Source: Chrysomallon squamiferum (taxonomy: Eukaryota > Animalia > Mollusca). From it: DNA of 64,000 nucleotides. Location of the stretch: NCBI GenBank assembly GCA_012295275.1, contig CM022667.1:21886001-21950000 (forward strand), given 5' to 3'. Below are positions 61,331 to 64,000 of the stretch, in pieces. Position 1 is the first letter of the stretch. Each line of letters begins with the position of its first letter. The notes under the pieces were generated by a model. It was not told the DNA's origin, searched no databases, and was given only the letters and a program-made list of their open reading frames with translations. A program made the translations under genes and the position numbers.

Positions 61331-64000
61331 ATTATATATGATTTAGTTTGTCTGTTACATTGGTTTCTGCTGTTCAGCAGTTTTCACAATCTGTAAGCTT
61401 GTAACAGATTTTAATTCCATGGTTCACAAAAGAAACATTTCTCAGTTAAATATAAGGAAAACCTTAAATTTTATGTCTGGGTCTTATTATTAATTTACAA
61501 TTACCATATTTCATATTTTAATTTAAATTTCTATTTATTTAAATTTTTTATTTTATATAAATTTCATTCCTTGGAAATTATTTATGTCTAATTCTTTTTA
61601 AACCTTACTATTTATTTTGGATGTAATATTCTAGTGCTAGTGGCATGGTTTAAAAAATCTTAATCATGTTGACTTGGTCTTCCAATTCAATTTTCATTTT
61701 CCAAGAACATCACAACAGAAGATATTCAGCATTTCATTAAAATAAGGAAAACTAAATTTAATTTCTGGGTGATAGTACTAATGGCTGATTTACAAATTAA
61801 ATTATTTCTTTTAAATGTTCCTTTAATGTCCCTTTAAAACACTGGTTTTAAACCTTTTTCATTATGCGACCTCTTATGAGCAATTCAATATGACTGATGA
61901 CTCCCTTTAAAAATTTTGATTCAATAATGTCTAGGGTTACCATATTTTCATCAACAAAAGACAGTTCAGAAGGAATCTATATTCACTACGATGGGTCCCA
62001 AACCTACCTACATGTTTTTATTTATTCCTCCTTCCAAGAAAAAAGCTAGAACACACCCTCGCTCAAAAACAATCTTATGACCCCTCAAAAAAAGGCTGGC
62101 AATCCCCAAGTTGAAAACCTGTGCTTTAAAGGATTAAAATGACAATCTATAATTTTATATAATCATACACTGAAGAACAAATTCTTAAGACAAAAATAAT
62201 TTTAAAAAACCCAGTTTGCCTTTTTGTCAGAGCACCTTTGTTCTTTGGAAAAATCATATCTCCAAAAACTTATTTCAAAAGATGTTTATCAAATATGCAT
62301 TATCTATTTAATAAAGTATTCTTTTTATGAAGATTTTAATAGAGGTAGACTCAGGTCTGTTTCACTAATAGATGAACAAGAGATCATTCCTGAGTCAGTG
62401 TTGTCTTTTGTGAATATGTAATTTTTAAAAATTATTTTCAGTGTTTATTTCTGAAGAGTTATAGATATAGAGTTGTACCTGAGGGGTTATTTATCAGGCA
62501 CTACCACTTCATTTCAAATGGCTATTAGTATTAATCAATAAATGCAGGTGTTATTTGTAAAACATAAGGCAGAATGTTAAAAAAGATAGGTCTAAATGTG
62601 TATTTTAAATAATCTATTTGTAATTGACCATTTTCATTTCAGAATAGATATACAATTTGGTAAAGAACCTTCCAATCATATCTTTATTATTTCTGTTGGC
62701 TACAGATGATGAAGAATGCTGAAGATCTTTTTACTTGCGTTTCAAGCAGATGTTTGCTCAATTCATCAATAAAATAATTCAAATTTGTATACTTTTTAGC
62801 CCTTGTTCTGATAAATTATAAATATATAATAAAAGGACAATTTTTTTATTTAAGACGTGAAAATGAATAATAAAAAACCAAGAATAAACAAATTAATAAT
62901 TTTTCATGTAGATCATGCACCAAAGTAGATTTTGCTTGGTGCAGATCATTAGATTGAGTAGATCAAACACCAAAGTAGCACAGATTTTTTTGTTAAAGTT
63001 TGAGAGAAATATATTTATAAAGTAGGCTTTAAATCACTGTAATCCATTCTTTGTAATTATAGTTTTTATAATATATTTTTACTAAATTTATTATTATTAC
63101 TACTATTAAATCATTACTATTATTATTATCATCATTATCATCATCATTATTTTTTTATTATTATATTTTAATATTGTTTTGTGTTATTTTAAATTTATTG
63201 TGAAGTCATTTTGTTAGGATGCTTTATTAATATAATCTTTTCTTTTATTTTTTATATTTTTATTCTGTTATTTTTTTCAATCATGTGTGAAATGGTGTGA
63301 ATGAACATTTAAATTTTAATAATTTACAAGTGGTTTGAAAACATATTTTTATTATTATTATTATTCTACTTTTTAAATTCTTTTTTATTTTTATTTTTTT
63401 AATTTATTCTTATTTTAAATGTGAGAGATTTCTAAAGTAAGTTCAATATAAAAATTAAGATAAACAGATACATCATTTTACCAGTGTTTTTATGATTTTC
63501 ACATAAAAAATATTAAACTCATAAATGCCTGTAATTGAAAATGCAATATCCCATATAATTTTAGAAATATTTCCTAACAGTTGTTAAGAACTGATATAAA
63601 AAGAAGAAAGAGTCCCACAAAAAAACAAACATAATTGTTAAATATTAGAAGTATCTCAGCATTTTATATTAAATTTTTACTGCTATTTAAATATTACTCT
63701 TATTACTGTTATTATTTTTACTTTTCTTCTTCTTTATCTTCTTCTTATTATTATCATCATCATTATAAATTATTGTTATCATCATATTTATTATTATTAT
63801 TATTATTATTTTAATATTATTAGCCAACACAGGCACTTTAATTAATTAATTATTTGTATATTTATATACTTATTTATCTAATTTTTATTTATTTATTTAT
63901 TATTATTTAGTAATAATGATTATAATTCAATCACCATTTAATCATAATAATTATTGCTACTAAATAAAAAGTCATTTTAAAATGTCTATAAATATATAAT

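Overview
AT-rich, microsatellite-dense eukaryotic DNA. The gene structure and repeat content suggest a mollusc, probably a cephalopod (inference). From left to right the window holds: (i) a minus-strand tandem array of intronless PDE10A-like GAF-GAF-PDEase genes, made of one copy running off the left edge, one complete 804-aa copy and one decayed pseudogene, with the two open copies sharing a 29-bp double-CRE element just upstream of their ATGs; (ii) a 14-exon ZCCHC14/ZCCHC2-family gene; (iii) CA-rich and minisatellite DNA; (iv) a 9-exon TBC1D20 gene; (v) an IRF transcription factor gene with an IRF4/8-type DNA-binding domain and an IAD. Transposon relics include two Sola2-like elements with 4-bp TSDs, two Tigger/pogo MITEs, a Tc1 remnant and a Gmr1-order Gypsy remnant. 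The most striking signal is the IRF locus. It has two mutually exclusive terminal exons, each encoding its own LxIS phospho-switch tail (QLQIS, IRF5/6-like, and PLEIS). It also has two candidate promoters and an intronic module carrying overlapping GAS/NF-kB and ISRE/GAS elements resembling those of vertebrate IRF1 and ISG15. Exon boundaries were read by eye from GT-AG signals and frame continuity, and homology calls rest on remembered family motifs, not database searches.
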